Below, one piece after another: positions 1-11,896 of a DNA stretch of 64,000 nucleotides. The position numbers were made by a program, and so were the translations under genes. The notes under the pieces were generated by a model that was not told where the DNA came from, ran no database searches, and saw only the letters and a program-made list of their open reading frames with translations. This DNA is from an uncultured Chloroflexia bacterium (GTDB lineage: Bacteria > Chloroflexota > Limnocylindria > Limnocylindrales > CSP1-4). The stretch spans positions 32,001 through 96,000 of the forward strand of contig CAVVJT010000005.1 of NCBI GenBank assembly GCA_963748625.1, written 5' to 3'. Every line of letters starts with the position of its first letter. The first letter of the stretch is position 1.

Positions 1-56
1 GGTCGTGCCGGGGTCGGGGGCACCGGTCGTGCCGGGGTCGGGGGCACCGGTCGTGC
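1..56. repeat. 24-bp tandem repeat (~2.3 copies) in Pro/Ala-rich low-complexity sequence
   Basis: ggtcgtgccggggtcgggggcacc at 1 and 25, partial third copy at 49. Confidence 0.75.
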
Positions 57-298
57 CCGCCGCGCCTCCCGTGCCGACCGCGTCGCCAGCCGGGCCGACC
101 GCGTCGCCCGCCGCGCCGTCCGTGCCGTCCGCACCGGCCGGCCCTGCCCAGGCGGCGCCGGCCACATTCCCCCACGGGTTCCAGGTGGTCGGCCGCTCCC
201 CAAGCGCGACCGATAGTCCGCCGGCTGCCCCGCCGCCTCCCCCGCCCCCTCCCGGCGCGCCACCCGCCTGAAGCCCACCGCCCCACGCAAGGATCCGC

Positions 299-1330
299 AT
301 GACCACCCTCTCCGAGATCGCCGAATCCCCCGCCGTCGCCGCCCGCCTGCTCGAGACTGCCTGGCCCGTCGTCGAGGCTGTCGCCCGGGACGTCCGTCGG
401 CGAGACCTCCGGCTGGCGGTGATCGCGGCGCGCGGCACCTCGGATCACGCGGCGATCTATGCGCAGTACGTGCTGGGCGGCCGTAACGGGCTGCCGGTCG
501 CCCTCGCGGCGCCCTCGCTCTCCTCGCTCTACGGCACGCCGCCCCGGCTCGACTCGGCGCTCGTCATCGGCATCTCGCAGTCAGGGCAGTCACCGGACAT
601 CGTCGCGGTCCTCGCCGACGCCCGCCGCCAGGGCGCGCTGACCCTCGCCATCACCAACGACCCCACGTCAGACCTTGCTGCAACCGCCGACCGCGTCGTG
701 GACCTGGGCGCCGGGCCGGAGCTGGGCGTCGCGGCGACCAAGACCTACACGAGCTCGCTCCTGGCCATCGCGATGCTGTCGGCGGCCCTGGGCGATGATC
801 CGGCCGCGCGCCGGGACCTCGACACCCTCCCCGGAGCCCTGCAGGCGGCCCTCGCGTCGGAAGGTCGGGTCGCGGCGTATGCGGCCCAGCGCGCCGACGA
901 CGACCAGTGCGCGGTCCTGGGCCGGGGCTTCCACTACGCCACGGCGCGCGAGTGGGCGCTCAAGGTCAAGGAGCTGGGCTACGTCCTGGCAGACCCCTAC
1001 TCCGCCGCAGACTTCCAGCACGGCCCGATCGCCCTCGTGCAACCGGGCTTCCCGGTCCTGGCGATCGCCACCACCGGCCCAGCCCTGCCCGAGATGCTCG
1101 CCCTGCTCGAGCGCCTTCGGGCGTCGGGCGCCCGCCTGCTCGTGGCGTCCGATGATCCCCGTGCGCTGGCCACGGGCGACGCCGTCCCGCTCGATCCCGC
1201 CGTTCCGGAATGGCTTGCCCCGATCCCGGCCATCGTCCCGGGCCAGCTCTACGCGGTCCACCTCGCGATCGCCCGCGGCCACGACCCGGAGCACCCGCGC
1301 AACCTCTCGAAGGTGACGCTCACCCGCTGA
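299..1330 (+). CDS. SIS-domain sugar-phosphate isomerase/deaminase (GlmS C-terminal-like, no glutaminase domain)
   Basis: ARGTS, GISQSGQSPD, VAATKTY, ALKVKE, DFQHGP, PRNLSKVT motifs; AAGGA RBS. Confidence 0.9.
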   Translation: MTTLSEIAESPAVAARLLETAWPVVEAVARDVRRRDLRLAVIAARGTSDHAAIYAQYVLGGRNGLPVALAAPSLSSLYGTPPRLDSALVIGISQSGQSPDIVAVLADARRQGALTLAITNDPTSDLAATADRVVDLGAGPELGVAATKTYTSSLLAIAMLSAALGDDPAARRDLDTLPGALQAALASEGRVAAYAAQRADDDQCAVLGRGFHYATAREWALKVKELGYVLADPYSAADFQHGPIALVQPGFPVLAIATTGPALPEMLALLERLRASGARLLVASDDPRALATGDAVPLDPAVPEWLAPIPAIVPGQLYAVHLAIARGHDPEHPRNLSKVTLTR

Positions 1331-1367
1331 CGCGCGGCGCGGCCACTGCGGCCCTACCATGACGCCG

Positions 1368-2984
1368 ATGGACAGCCGACCCGACCCCCTCGACGACCTC
1401 GATCCCCTCGAGCCCTTCCGCTGGCACCCCGAGCCCGAGCTCATCGGCCTGCGTGACGCCGGAGTCTCCCGCGCCGCCCTGGAGCGCGCCGGCGAGGCCA
1501 CGTGGCGCGCGAGCCTGGACTGGCTCTACGACGAGGCCATGGTCCGCGCGTTCGGCCTGCCCACCGGGTATGCGGAACTGCGCGAGCGCTACTTCGGCTC
1601 GACGGGCGGCCCCGGCCCGGCCCCGGCAACCCCCACGACCCTCCAGGCCGTCCTCGACGAGTTCACCGCGCGCATCGCGCCCCACACGCTCAACAGCTAC
1701 CACCCGCGGGCGTTGTCCTACTTCACGCCCCCGCCACTGGTCGCCTCGATCGCGGGCGAGGTCCTCGCGCAGTGGACCAACCAGGGCATCGACGTCTGGC
1801 ATGCGGGCCCCGGCGGCGCGTTCGTGGAGGAGGAAGTCGTCCGCTGGCTGTGTGATCTCGCAGGCTACGGCGAGGGCTCCTTCGGCCTGTGCACGTCGGG
1901 CGGCGTCATGGCCAACTTCATCGCGATGGCGCTCGTGCGCGACGTGCATCTCAAGCGTCTCCGGGGTGGCGGCCGACCCCCGCGCGGCGCGGGCCTGGAG
2001 AGCGTGCGCGTCTACACCGGCGACCAGACGCACTTCTCGATCGCCCGTGCGCTCGACGAGCTGGGCTTCCCGCCCGACACGCTGCGCATCCTGCCCACGG
2101 ATGGGCTGTACCGGCTGCACCCGGAGCCCGTCGCCGAGGCGATCGCCGCGGACCGGGCGGTCGGCCGGCTCCCCGTGGCGGTCTGCGCCGTCGCGGGTTC
2201 GACGAACACGGGCTCGGTCGATCTCGTGCCGGAGCTCGCGGCCCTGGCCTCCGCCGAAGGACTGTGGTTCCACGTGGACGCCGCGTACGGCGGGGCGGCG
2301 CGGCTCTCCAAGCGCGACGCGGCCCGCGTGCCGGGAGTGGAGCTCGCGGACTCGGTCACCGTCGATCCGCACAAGTGGTTCTTCCAGGCCTACGACCTGG
2401 GCGCGCTGCTGGTGAAGGACGGCGGCCACCTGCGCGAGACCTTCGACCGCTCGCCTGAGTACTACCGCGGCGGCGAGGGCGGCACCAGCGCTGCCGGGCA
2501 GGCCGCCCCCGATGTTGACGACGCCCACGACGAGCACGCTGGCCAGCTCAACTTCTACAAGCTCGGCTTCGAGGGCACCCGCCGCTTCCGCGCGCTCAAG
2601 CTGTGGGCCTCCTGGAAGCACCTGGGCACCGAGGGCCTCGGCCGCCTCGTGGAGATGAACGACGACATTGCGGCCTACCTCGCTGCGAGCGTCCGCGAGT
2701 CCGACGACTTCGAGGCCGTCCCGGCCGACCCCGAGCTGTCGGTGGTCTGCTTCCGGCACCTGCCGGGCGGCGCCGATGCAGCCCGCTCAATGGACCCGCA
2801 CGCGCTCGATGCCCACCAGGACCGCCTCTGCGCCGCGCTCGAGGAATCGGGCGACGGCTGGCTCTCCACCACCACGCTCGAGGGCCGGGCCTTCCTGCGC
2901 GCAGGCTGCGTGAACTACCTCACCACCGAGGCCGACATCGACCGCCTCCTGGCCACCCTGCGGGGGCTTGCCGGCGCGCTCTGA
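1368..2984 (+). CDS. Group II PLP-dependent amino acid decarboxylase
   Basis: TSGG..AN, HFSI, AGSTNTGSVD, HVDAAYGG, DPHKW (PLP lysine); start chosen 7 nt after TACCAT (alternative 1359). Confidence 0.9.
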   Translation: MDSRPDPLDDLDPLEPFRWHPEPELIGLRDAGVSRAALERAGEATWRASLDWLYDEAMVRAFGLPTGYAELRERYFGSTGGPGPAPATPTTLQAVLDEFTARIAPHTLNSYHPRALSYFTPPPLVASIAGEVLAQWTNQGIDVWHAGPGGAFVEEEVVRWLCDLAGYGEGSFGLCTSGGVMANFIAMALVRDVHLKRLRGGGRPPRGAGLESVRVYTGDQTHFSIARALDELGFPPDTLRILPTDGLYRLHPEPVAEAIAADRAVGRLPVAVCAVAGSTNTGSVDLVPELAALASAEGLWFHVDAAYGGAARLSKRDAARVPGVELADSVTVDPHKWFFQAYDLGALLVKDGGHLRETFDRSPEYYRGGEGGTSAAGQAAPDVDDAHDEHAGQLNFYKLGFEGTRRFRALKLWASWKHLGTEGLGRLVEMNDDIAAYLAASVRESDDFEAVPADPELSVVCFRHLPGGADAARSMDPHALDAHQDRLCAALEESGDGWLSTTTLEGRAFLRAGCVNYLTTEADIDRLLATLRGLAGAL

Positions 2985-3028
2985 CACGTCCGCGGACGCG
3001 AATCACGGCTGCCCCGTACGATGCGCAG

Positions 3029-4033
3029 GTGATCGTCGAGCCCGTCCCGCTCGGACCTCCGTCGGCGCCCCGGCGCCGTCTGCGTCTGATCGCGCTCATC
3101 GTGCCGCTCGCCCTGCTCGCGGGGGTGGTAGCCGCAGGGACGCTGGGCCCGCAGCCCGCACCCTCCCCCGTCCCGTCCGCCGTCGCTGTCGCCGTGGCAT
3201 CACCCACGGCGACCGGCGCACCCGCGCCGTCCGCGCAGGCCCCGGCCGACCTCGAGCCTGGGTCGCTCCCGCCCGCGGTGCCTGCCCGGATCGCGGGCCT
3301 CGATGTCCTCAGCGTGGTCGACGCGCTCGCTCAGCGCGAGGCCGGCCAGCTTGGCGGGGTGACCGCGATCGCGGGCTACCTCGGCGTTCGCGAGCAGCCC
3401 GCCTGCGCCAGCACGTTCTGCGCCCGGACCGGCATCCTGGCCGCCCAGCCCTTCTCCGCATCGACGGGCTTCGCCGACATCGGAACCCACCTGCACCCGC
3501 AGCTCCCCGCGGGAGTCGTCCTGCCGCCGGCCGCCAACCTCGCGGACGTGGACCCGGAGCCCGATGGCCCCGAGGCGCCCGCGGCCATCATCGTCGCCCG
3601 CTTCGACGATCCCCGTGCCCGCGCCTGCCTGCCCGCCGGCCGCCACTGCGGCGAGGAGCTGGTGGTCGAGCGGGTGGTGTGGGTGGACGGCCAGTCGTAC
3701 CCCTCCCTTCTTGCCGTGGATCCCGGCGTCACGGGGGCGCCGTCGGCAACTGGCCTGCGCACGGCGGGCCGGGCAGCCGAACGAGCGCTGGGGACAGGCG
3801 CGACGCCGATGCTGACAGCGCTTCTCCGACCGGGCGCCATCACCTACATCGACCCGGTGATGGCGCCGATCGTCGCCGGCCTCGACCAGGATGCCGTGTG
3901 GTACGTGCGCGGTCTCCACCTCGAGCCGGGCGCCAATGCCATCGCCTGGGTCATCGCCGAGCGCGACGGCACCTTCCTGCTGCACGGGTCGGTGCCCGTG
4001 GCCGGCCCATCCGGCCGGCCGCTTCGTTCGTAG
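3029..4033 (+). CDS. Membrane-anchored hypothetical protein, one copy of a Cys-containing domain
   Basis: Basic N-terminus + hydrophobic helix + Pro/Ala/Thr linker; clear similarity to the next gene; GTG 6 nt after TACGAT. Confidence 0.75.
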   Translation: MIVEPVPLGPPSAPRRRLRLIALIVPLALLAGVVAAGTLGPQPAPSPVPSAVAVAVASPTATGAPAPSAQAPADLEPGSLPPAVPARIAGLDVLSVVDALAQREAGQLGGVTAIAGYLGVREQPACASTFCARTGILAAQPFSASTGFADIGTHLHPQLPAGVVLPPAANLADVDPEPDGPEAPAAIIVARFDDPRARACLPAGRHCGEELVVERVVWVDGQSYPSLLAVDPGVTGAPSATGLRTAGRAAERALGTGATPMLTALLRPGAITYIDPVMAPIVAGLDQDAVWYVRGLHLEPGANAIAWVIAERDGTFLLHGSVPVAGPSGRPLRS

Positions 4034-4045
4034 AGACGGGCAACG

Positions 4046-5824
4046 ATGATTGTCGCGCCCGCACCCACCGGTCCCCGCTCGCCGTGGCGTCGCGCTGCCC
4101 GTGTCGCGGGCCTCGTGCTGGCCCCGGCGCTGCTCGTGACGGCGGTCGCAGTGGGCGTTGCTGGGCCAAAGGCGGATCCAGCGCCCACGGCTCCGCCTGC
4201 AGCTCCGACCACTGCGCCGACAGCGACGGCATCCGCTGCCCCGGCCCCGCCGTCATCCGAGGCCGTGATCACCGCCAGCGAGCAGCAGCAGACGCCACCC
4301 GACACCTTCGCGGGCCTCCCCGCCCTGACCCCGGGTGACGCCATGGCGCTGCGGGCGGCGGGCGCGCCCGACGAGCCCGTGGTCGTCACGGGCCACCTCA
4401 AGCTCGACACTCCCGACGCGTCATGCGACGGCGGCGACCTCGGACCGCTGGGGCCGTGGTGCACGCGGACCGGGATCCTGGCCGAGCATGCCTGGGCGGT
4501 GACCGGCGCTGACTTCGACCAGCTGCCCGCGCACCTCCACGTGACGCTCCCTACCGGCGTCCGGGTGCCGGAGGCCATCGCCCGGATGGCGGTGGCGCAG
4601 GCCGGACCGCCCCTGCCCGTGGTGGTGGTCGGCCGCTTCACGGGGACGCGCTGCGATCTCGCCGACCTGGCGTGGTGCGAGGAGCCCTTCGTGGTGGACC
4701 GCGTGACCTGGGCCAACGGTGTCCGCAGCGCGCTCACGCCGCTCGCGGAGGACCGTCTCCAGACCGGCCGCCGCCGCGCGAACCCGTTCCAGCTCGCGGT
4801 CGATGCCGGCCAGACCCCGCTGCTGGGTGTGCTCGCATGGCCGGAAACGGTGGCCCGACTCGACCCGGCCACCGCCGACGCCGTCGGCAGTCGCGAGGCG
4901 TCCGAGCCGGTCTGGTACCTGCGCGTCCTCGAGCGGGAGGGACCCGGGGCGGCATCCGGGGAGGGCACGCCCGCGGTGCGCTGGCTCCTCGTCGATGAAC
5001 GCCTGCTCGAGGTAATCGCAACGGGCACCACGCTCGCGATCGCGGACCCGGGCACCGTGGCGGCCACGGGCCATGCGCCCGACCCCTTTCCGGACGCCAT
5101 GGCGGGTCTCCCGGTCTGGAGTCCTGCCGAGACACGGGACCGGGTGGCGGCGGACAACGGCTCGGTGGGCCCCCGTGCCGTGGCGGGCTACCTGCGTGAC
5201 GTCCGCGCATCGGATCGCTGCGAGCGCACTGGGCCGACTGCGCGAACCCTGTGCGAGCGCACGGCCTGGCTCGACCCCGGGACCGGTCCGGCGGCCGGGT
5301 CGGCGGGCGTCCGCGTAAGGATCCCGGCCGGGGTCCGCGTCCCGAGCGGTGCGATCGGTCCGGACGCGGGGCCACTCGCGGTCGTCATCCTCGCGCGCAG
5401 CCGCCTGGGTGGCAGTGGCTGCGCGGCGACGCCGGCCTGCGAGCTCACGCTCGACGTGGACCGGATCGCGTGGGCCGACGGCGCGGACGTCGCCGCACGC
5501 CCCGTCGTCGACCCTGCCCTGAGCACGCGCGCCCGGGTGACGGCCCGGTCCAGCCGCGATGGCGCCGAACGCCTGGCAGCGGGCGGGTCGGGAACGGTGC
5601 TCCTGAGCGCCCTCGTCCGCCGCAGCCACGTGGGGACGCTCGATCCCGTAGCTGCCGATGCGCTCCGGGCGTCCGGGCCCGGCGCCAGCCCGGTGTGGTA
5701 CGTGCGGGCGCTCGAGACCCGCTACGGGTCCATGCGCTACCAGACGGGCGACATCCCGCCGAGGGTCAGCTGGGTCGTCGTGGATGCCGTGACCGGCGCG
5801 GCGCTCGCCTGGGGTCCCGGCTGA
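4046..5824 (+). CDS. Membrane-anchored hypothetical protein, two copies of the same domain
   Basis: N-terminal TM, PT linker, repeated AGL / C..C.RT / P.GV..P / RV.W..G / VWY.R.L blocks. Confidence 0.8.
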   Translation: MIVAPAPTGPRSPWRRAARVAGLVLAPALLVTAVAVGVAGPKADPAPTAPPAAPTTAPTATASAAPAPPSSEAVITASEQQQTPPDTFAGLPALTPGDAMALRAAGAPDEPVVVTGHLKLDTPDASCDGGDLGPLGPWCTRTGILAEHAWAVTGADFDQLPAHLHVTLPTGVRVPEAIARMAVAQAGPPLPVVVVGRFTGTRCDLADLAWCEEPFVVDRVTWANGVRSALTPLAEDRLQTGRRRANPFQLAVDAGQTPLLGVLAWPETVARLDPATADAVGSREASEPVWYLRVLEREGPGAASGEGTPAVRWLLVDERLLEVIATGTTLAIADPGTVAATGHAPDPFPDAMAGLPVWSPAETRDRVAADNGSVGPRAVAGYLRDVRASDRCERTGPTARTLCERTAWLDPGTGPAAGSAGVRVRIPAGVRVPSGAIGPDAGPLAVVILARSRLGGSGCAATPACELTLDVDRIAWADGADVAARPVVDPALSTRARVTARSSRDGAERLAAGGSGTVLLSALVRRSHVGTLDPVAADALRASGPGASPVWYVRALETRYGSMRYQTGDIPPRVSWVVVDAVTGAALAWGPG

Positions 5825-5846
5825 CGGAACCGCGGATCAGCGCCCG

Positions 5847-7234
5847 TCAGCCCTCGATGTAGGCGATCTGGCCTGCGGCCACCACGAGCCGCACAACGCC
5901 ACGCACCTGGCGGCCGAGGAGCGGCGTGTTCTTGCCCTTCGAGGCGAGCGCCTCGGGCGTGACCGTCCAGCTTGCACCGGCGTCCACGACCACGAGGTCT
6001 GCGAACTCGCCCGTGCGCAGGCCGGGCGGGAGGACGCCGTCCGCGCCGAGCACCCGGGCAGGGCCCGTGGTCAGCGCCTCCACGACGCGTGCGAGGGGGG
6101 CGCCGCCTGCGGCCACCAGCTCCAGCAGGACCGGGAGCGCCGTCTCGATCCCGGAGATCCCGTTGATCGCCCAGCCGAACTCGACGTGCTTGTCCACCTC
6201 GGTGTGCGGCGCATGGTCGGTCGCGATGGCGTCCGCGGTGCCGTCCACGAGCGCCCGCAGGCACGCAGCCGCATCCTCGGCCGAGCGCAGCGGCGGGTTC
6301 ACCCGCAGGGACGTGTCGAAGGGCTCCGCCGTCAGCGAGCCATCGGTCCACGGATCGGTGGCGTGCCCGTCGGCGTCCACCTGCTCCCAGGCCCAGCGGC
6401 GCGAGCCCGCGATCCAGGCATCGGTGAAGGCGAGATGGTGCGGCGTGACGTCACACGTGACCGGCAGCCCGGCGACCTTCGCCGCCCGGACGTGGTCGAG
6501 CGAGGCCGCCGTGGACAGGTGCGTGAGGTGGAGGCGCGCCATGGGCACGTCCCGGACCACGTCGGCCAGGATCGCGATTGCCCTCGCGACCGCGCCTGCC
6601 TCCCCGGAGACCGGCCAGCCCTTGAGGCCCAGCACGGATGCCACGTACCCCTCCGACGCCTCGGCGCCGGTGGTGAGCGATGGGTCCTCGGGGTGGTCGA
6701 TGACCGGCAGGCCCAGCGACCCCGCGTAGGCGAGCGCGTTGCGCAGGAGCGCGGCCGAGTGGACCGGCGCCCCGTCATCGGAGAAGCCCACCACGCCGGC
6801 ATCGGCAAGCTCGCCCATGGGCGCGAGCTGCTCGCCCTTCCGCCCGACGGTCACGGCGCCGTGCACCAGCACGCGCACCGGGGATTCGGACGCCCACGCG
6901 GCATCGAGCACCCGGCCGACCACCCCCGGCTCGTCGATGGTCGGGGTCGTGTTGGGCATCAGGGCGACCGTTGTGAACCCGCCGTGGGCGGCGGCCGCGA
7001 GGCCCGTGGCGACCGTCTCGGCATCCTCGTTGCCGGGCTCGCGGAAGTGGGCGTGCAGGTCGATCAGGCCGGGCAGGATCAGCGTGCCCCCGGGCGTGAT
7101 GCCCGGACTGTCATCCGGCAGCCAGGTGACCTGCTCCAGCACGCCATCCCGGACCGCGATCTGGGCCGGTCCCTCCCGGCCGGACGCCGGGTCCACCGCC
7201 CAGCCCCGCAGGACCAGGCCGTCCGCCGTGTCGC

Positions 7235-7238
<4 letters not shown>
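5847..7238 (-). CDS. pyrC: Dihydroorotase
   Basis: PGLIDLHAHFREPG, GGFTTV..MPNT, VNPPLR, IATDHAPH, SKGKNTP; overlaps pyrB stop. Confidence 0.95.
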
Positions 7239-9003
<1,765 letters not shown>

Positions 9004-9555
9004 TCAGTAGACCGAGACGGTGACCTTGGTGGTCCCGGACCAGGACGGGCACCCGCAGATCGCGAAGAAGTCGGGCGCGTAGAGGTCGACGATCCGGCTC
9101 TTCGTTCGCGGCCCGTAATCGGTGATGGTGCGCTGGATGCAGCCGCCGTCACCGCAGATCACCACGATCGTGCCGCGCGGCAGGCGCATGGCGGTGGTGC
9201 CATTGTGATAGAAGGTCGCGTAGCCGGAGACCTTGTACTCGGGCTCCTTCCAGGCCTTGCCCGACGGCGTGGCCGGCTGGCGCACGACAGGTCGGGACCG
9301 GGGGACCTTGGGCTGTTTGCCGGGCTCCACGAAGACATCGGTGGCCGAGAGGGCGCCAGCCGAGTCGAGGGCAGGATCAAGCAGGCCCCCGGCGCGTGGC
9401 GCGGGGGCGTCCGCGGAGATCACCACCGAGGTGAAGGCCGCCGTCGCCACATCCCGGACCGAGGACGGTGCCTGCGAACCGACCGGGACGGGCAGTCCGG
9501 CGAGTGCGAGTGCGGCGATGAGCGCCGTACCCGCGACGACCGTTCTGCGTCGCAT
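9004..9555 (-). CDS. Exported protein with C-terminal RlpA-like double-psi beta-barrel
   Basis: Signal-like N-terminus; GYATFY...LPRGTIV...ITDYGP..RIVDL...F pattern. Confidence 0.7.
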   Translation of the reverse strand: MRRRTVVAGTALIAALALAGLPVPVGSQAPSSVRDVATAAFTSVVISADAPAPRAGGLLDPALDSAGALSATDVFVEPGKQPKVPRSRPVVRQPATPSGKAWKEPEYKVSGYATFYHNGTTAMRLPRGTIVVICGDGGCIQRTITDYGPRTKSRIVDLYAPDFFAICGCPSWSGTTKVTVSVY

Positions 9556-9611
9556 GGGAGGCGCACTGTACCCGATCCGGCCGCCACTCGCGAGTGTCCC
9601 GGGCCCCAGAC

Positions 9612-10048
9612 AAGCATCCCAACGTCTGTGCTGGCCAGACCGGCTCGCGGTTCCCGGTTCCCTGCTCGCGGTTCCCGGCCCGGCTCCCGGCTCCCGGCTC
9701 AGGCCCAGATGGGCGGCTCAGGCCCAGATGGGCGGCTCCGGCCCGGATGCGCGGCCAGCGTGCGTACGGGCGGATGCCCTGCGATTCCTGCACGCCCAGC
9801 GCGCGGGAACGATGCTCCCCGGGCCCGGGAGGCGCGGAGCTGCGCGCTGGGCGCGCAGGAGTGACGGGTCACGCTCCCGTAGGCACGCCCGGCGCGCACC
9901 GGCGACGGGCGGGGACCTGCGGCGGGGGCCAGGGGCGGGCAAGAACTCCCGCGGGAACACCGGCCGGCCGTCAGCATGCAGGGCACAGGCCGACGGGTGC
10001 GGCACGGCCCGCACCGCGCACTGGGGCCAGCACAGGAGTTGGGACGCT
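9612..10048. repeat. Intergenic element with ~24-bp terminal inverted repeats, internal tandem repeats and hairpin (MITE/REP-like)
   Basis: aagcatcccaacgtctgtgctggcc (9612-9636) vs reverse complement of 10025-10048; ggctcaggcccagatgggc tandem near 9695-9745; ~19-bp stem near 9786-9859. Confidence 0.6.
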
Positions 10049-10087
10049 CCCTGGATCGCGGACGTGCACCGCGGCGCGGCGCCGATC

Positions 10088-11896
10088 TCAGCGGACGATG
10101 GTGCCGCCGGCCTCGGAGGGGAGCTCAACGATCCCCATGCCCTCGCTGTTCCAGGCAAGCACGCGGACCACCGAAGTGTCGCCGGCGCCGATCGCGGGCC
10201 AGGCGAGGTGGTCGATGTCAAGCGCGAACCCCTTTAGCGCGGGGGCATCTTCGAGGAGCGGGTTGTCGAGGTCGACCGCCATCCCGTCGCCGGTGGCCCG
10301 GTACAGCGAGAGCGTGCCCAGCTCTGCATCCGTCGGGCCCGCCGTCCAGACGGCGAGGACGGAACCACTCGGGTCCCACTGGGCCGACCAACCACGCAGG
10401 GGCCCTTCGGCCAGCTGCTGGGTCACACCCTCGCGCTCCCAGGGGCCGAGCACGAGGTTGCCGGCGCCGGTCACCGGGGTGAGACCGCCACGCGCGAGTC
10501 GGACCTCGCCATCCCACCAGACCGCTGCAGCCCGGTTGGGGCTGATCGCGGGCAGCCAGCCATCGCTGACCGGGCCGCGCTCGGTCCCGTCGACCGGGTC
10601 GACGAGATACGTGCGCGCGTTTCGATCGCCCACGCGGCTGACCACGAGGTCGCCGCTATGCCAGCCTGCGAAGACGGACCGGTGGTCGTCGGTGAGGCGC
10701 ACAGCCCGCGGCTCGGTCGTGGTCCAGACGTAGACATCGGGGCCAGCAGACCCGTCGGCAGGGCGGGCGGTGAAGGCGAAGCGGCTGCCCGAGCGGTTGT
10801 ACGCGGCGACCGACCCGACGACGATCACATTGCTCGCGATCTGGATGGCGCCGTCCGGGCCAGGGGTCACCTCGACGCTGGGCGACGGGGCGGGCGTGCG
10901 CGGCGCCTCGGTGCCGGCGGCAGGGGTTGGCTCCGGTGACGGCTCCACGGTGGCATCGGCCGAGGGCTCGAGCGTGGGCTCGGTGGTGGGCGTCACGGCC
11001 GGGCCTCCGGACTCGGCGGGGTCCGGCGTGGAGGCAGGCGGCTCTGGCGTCTCGGCCGGGGTACCGCTGCCCGCCGGAGCCTCGGACGAGGCTGTCGGCA
11101 CCGGCTCATCCGTCACGCCGGGCGTCGCCACGTCCGCGGTCTGGACAGGTGTCGGGGTGGCCGGCTCGGCGGTTGGCACACCGGGCGTCCCGGTCGGACG
11201 CTCGACCGTCGCGGTCGCGACAGGGACCACGTAGACCTCCTGGTCGCCCTCACCGCCCTGGACGATCACCAGGCGGTCCCGGGTGGGCGACAGGATCGCC
11301 CCAGTCACGACGGGTGTCTGCGCCATCGCCGCCAGCTGCTCCGTCTCGGCCGACGGGTCCACGCTGCAGGTCTCGGCGCCCACCGGGCAGACCTCGCTGA
11401 CGTTCTGGGTCCGGATCTCGAGACGGCCATCCTCGTCCTGGCCAAGCACCTGGATGTTGGCGGCGACGGCCATCGGCGTGGCAAGGGCGACGGCCGAGCC
11501 GGGCGACGCGGCAGGCTGGCCGTTGAGCATGCCGGCTCCCACCGCGATCGCGACCATCGCGACCCCCGCGACGGGAGCGAGGATCCAGCCGAGGCGGCCG
11601 GTTGCCCGGCGGGAAGGTCGCGACGACCCGCCGGCGCGGCCGGCACCCTGGACCTCGATCGAGGCGGCGGTCCGGGCCCACAGGTCGCGCGGCGGTTCGG
11701 GTACCGCATCGAGCAGCCCCTGGAACAACAGGTGGCCGGTGTCATAGTCGGCGGCGGCGGCGGCGCAGTCCGCACACGCGGCGAGGTGGCTGTCGAGCCA
11801 AGCCTCCTCGGCGGGCTCAAGCAGCCCGTCCAGCCGCCAGGCGGCGAGCTCGTGCGCCCGGTCGTGGTCGGTGGCGCTGTGGAAGAGACCGCTCAT
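10088..11896 (-). CDS. Zinc-binding anti-sigma factor with TM, PT-rich linker and extracellular beta-rich domain
   Basis: HLAACADC (Hx3Cx2C) motif; overlaps stop of the ECF sigma gene. Confidence 0.85.
   Translation of the reverse strand: MSGLFHSATDHDRAHELAAWRLDGLLEPAEEAWLDSHLAACADCAAAAADYDTGHLLFQGLLDAVPEPPRDLWARTAASIEVQGAGRAGGSSRPSRRATGRLGWILAPVAGVAMVAIAVGAGMLNGQPAASPGSAVALATPMAVAANIQVLGQDEDGRLEIRTQNVSEVCPVGAETCSVDPSAETEQLAAMAQTPVVTGAILSPTRDRLVIVQGGEGDQEVYVVPVATATVERPTGTPGVPTAEPATPTPVQTADVATPGVTDEPVPTASSEAPAGSGTPAETPEPPASTPDPAESGGPAVTPTTEPTLEPSADATVEPSPEPTPAAGTEAPRTPAPSPSVEVTPGPDGAIQIASNVIVVGSVAAYNRSGSRFAFTARPADGSAGPDVYVWTTTEPRAVRLTDDHRSVFAGWHSGDLVVSRVGDRNARTYLVDPVDGTERGPVSDGWLPAISPNRAAAVWWDGEVRLARGGLTPVTGAGNLVLGPWEREGVTQQLAEGPLRGWSAQWDPSGSVLAVWTAGPTDAELGTLSLYRATGDGMAVDLDNPLLEDAPALKGFALDIDHLAWPAIGAGDTSVVRVLAWNSEGMGIVELPSEAGGTIVR

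Noticed and set aside
5-271. 88-aa Pro/Ala-rich ORF
   Set aside because: Low complexity with no family motif; may be the tail of an upstream gene or non-coding, so not called.
9780-9990. c-di-AMP (ydaO) riboswitch upstream of the RlpA-like gene
   Set aside because: Only a fragmentary resemblance (cccgtaggc), on the wrong strand; the gene has its own proximal -10.
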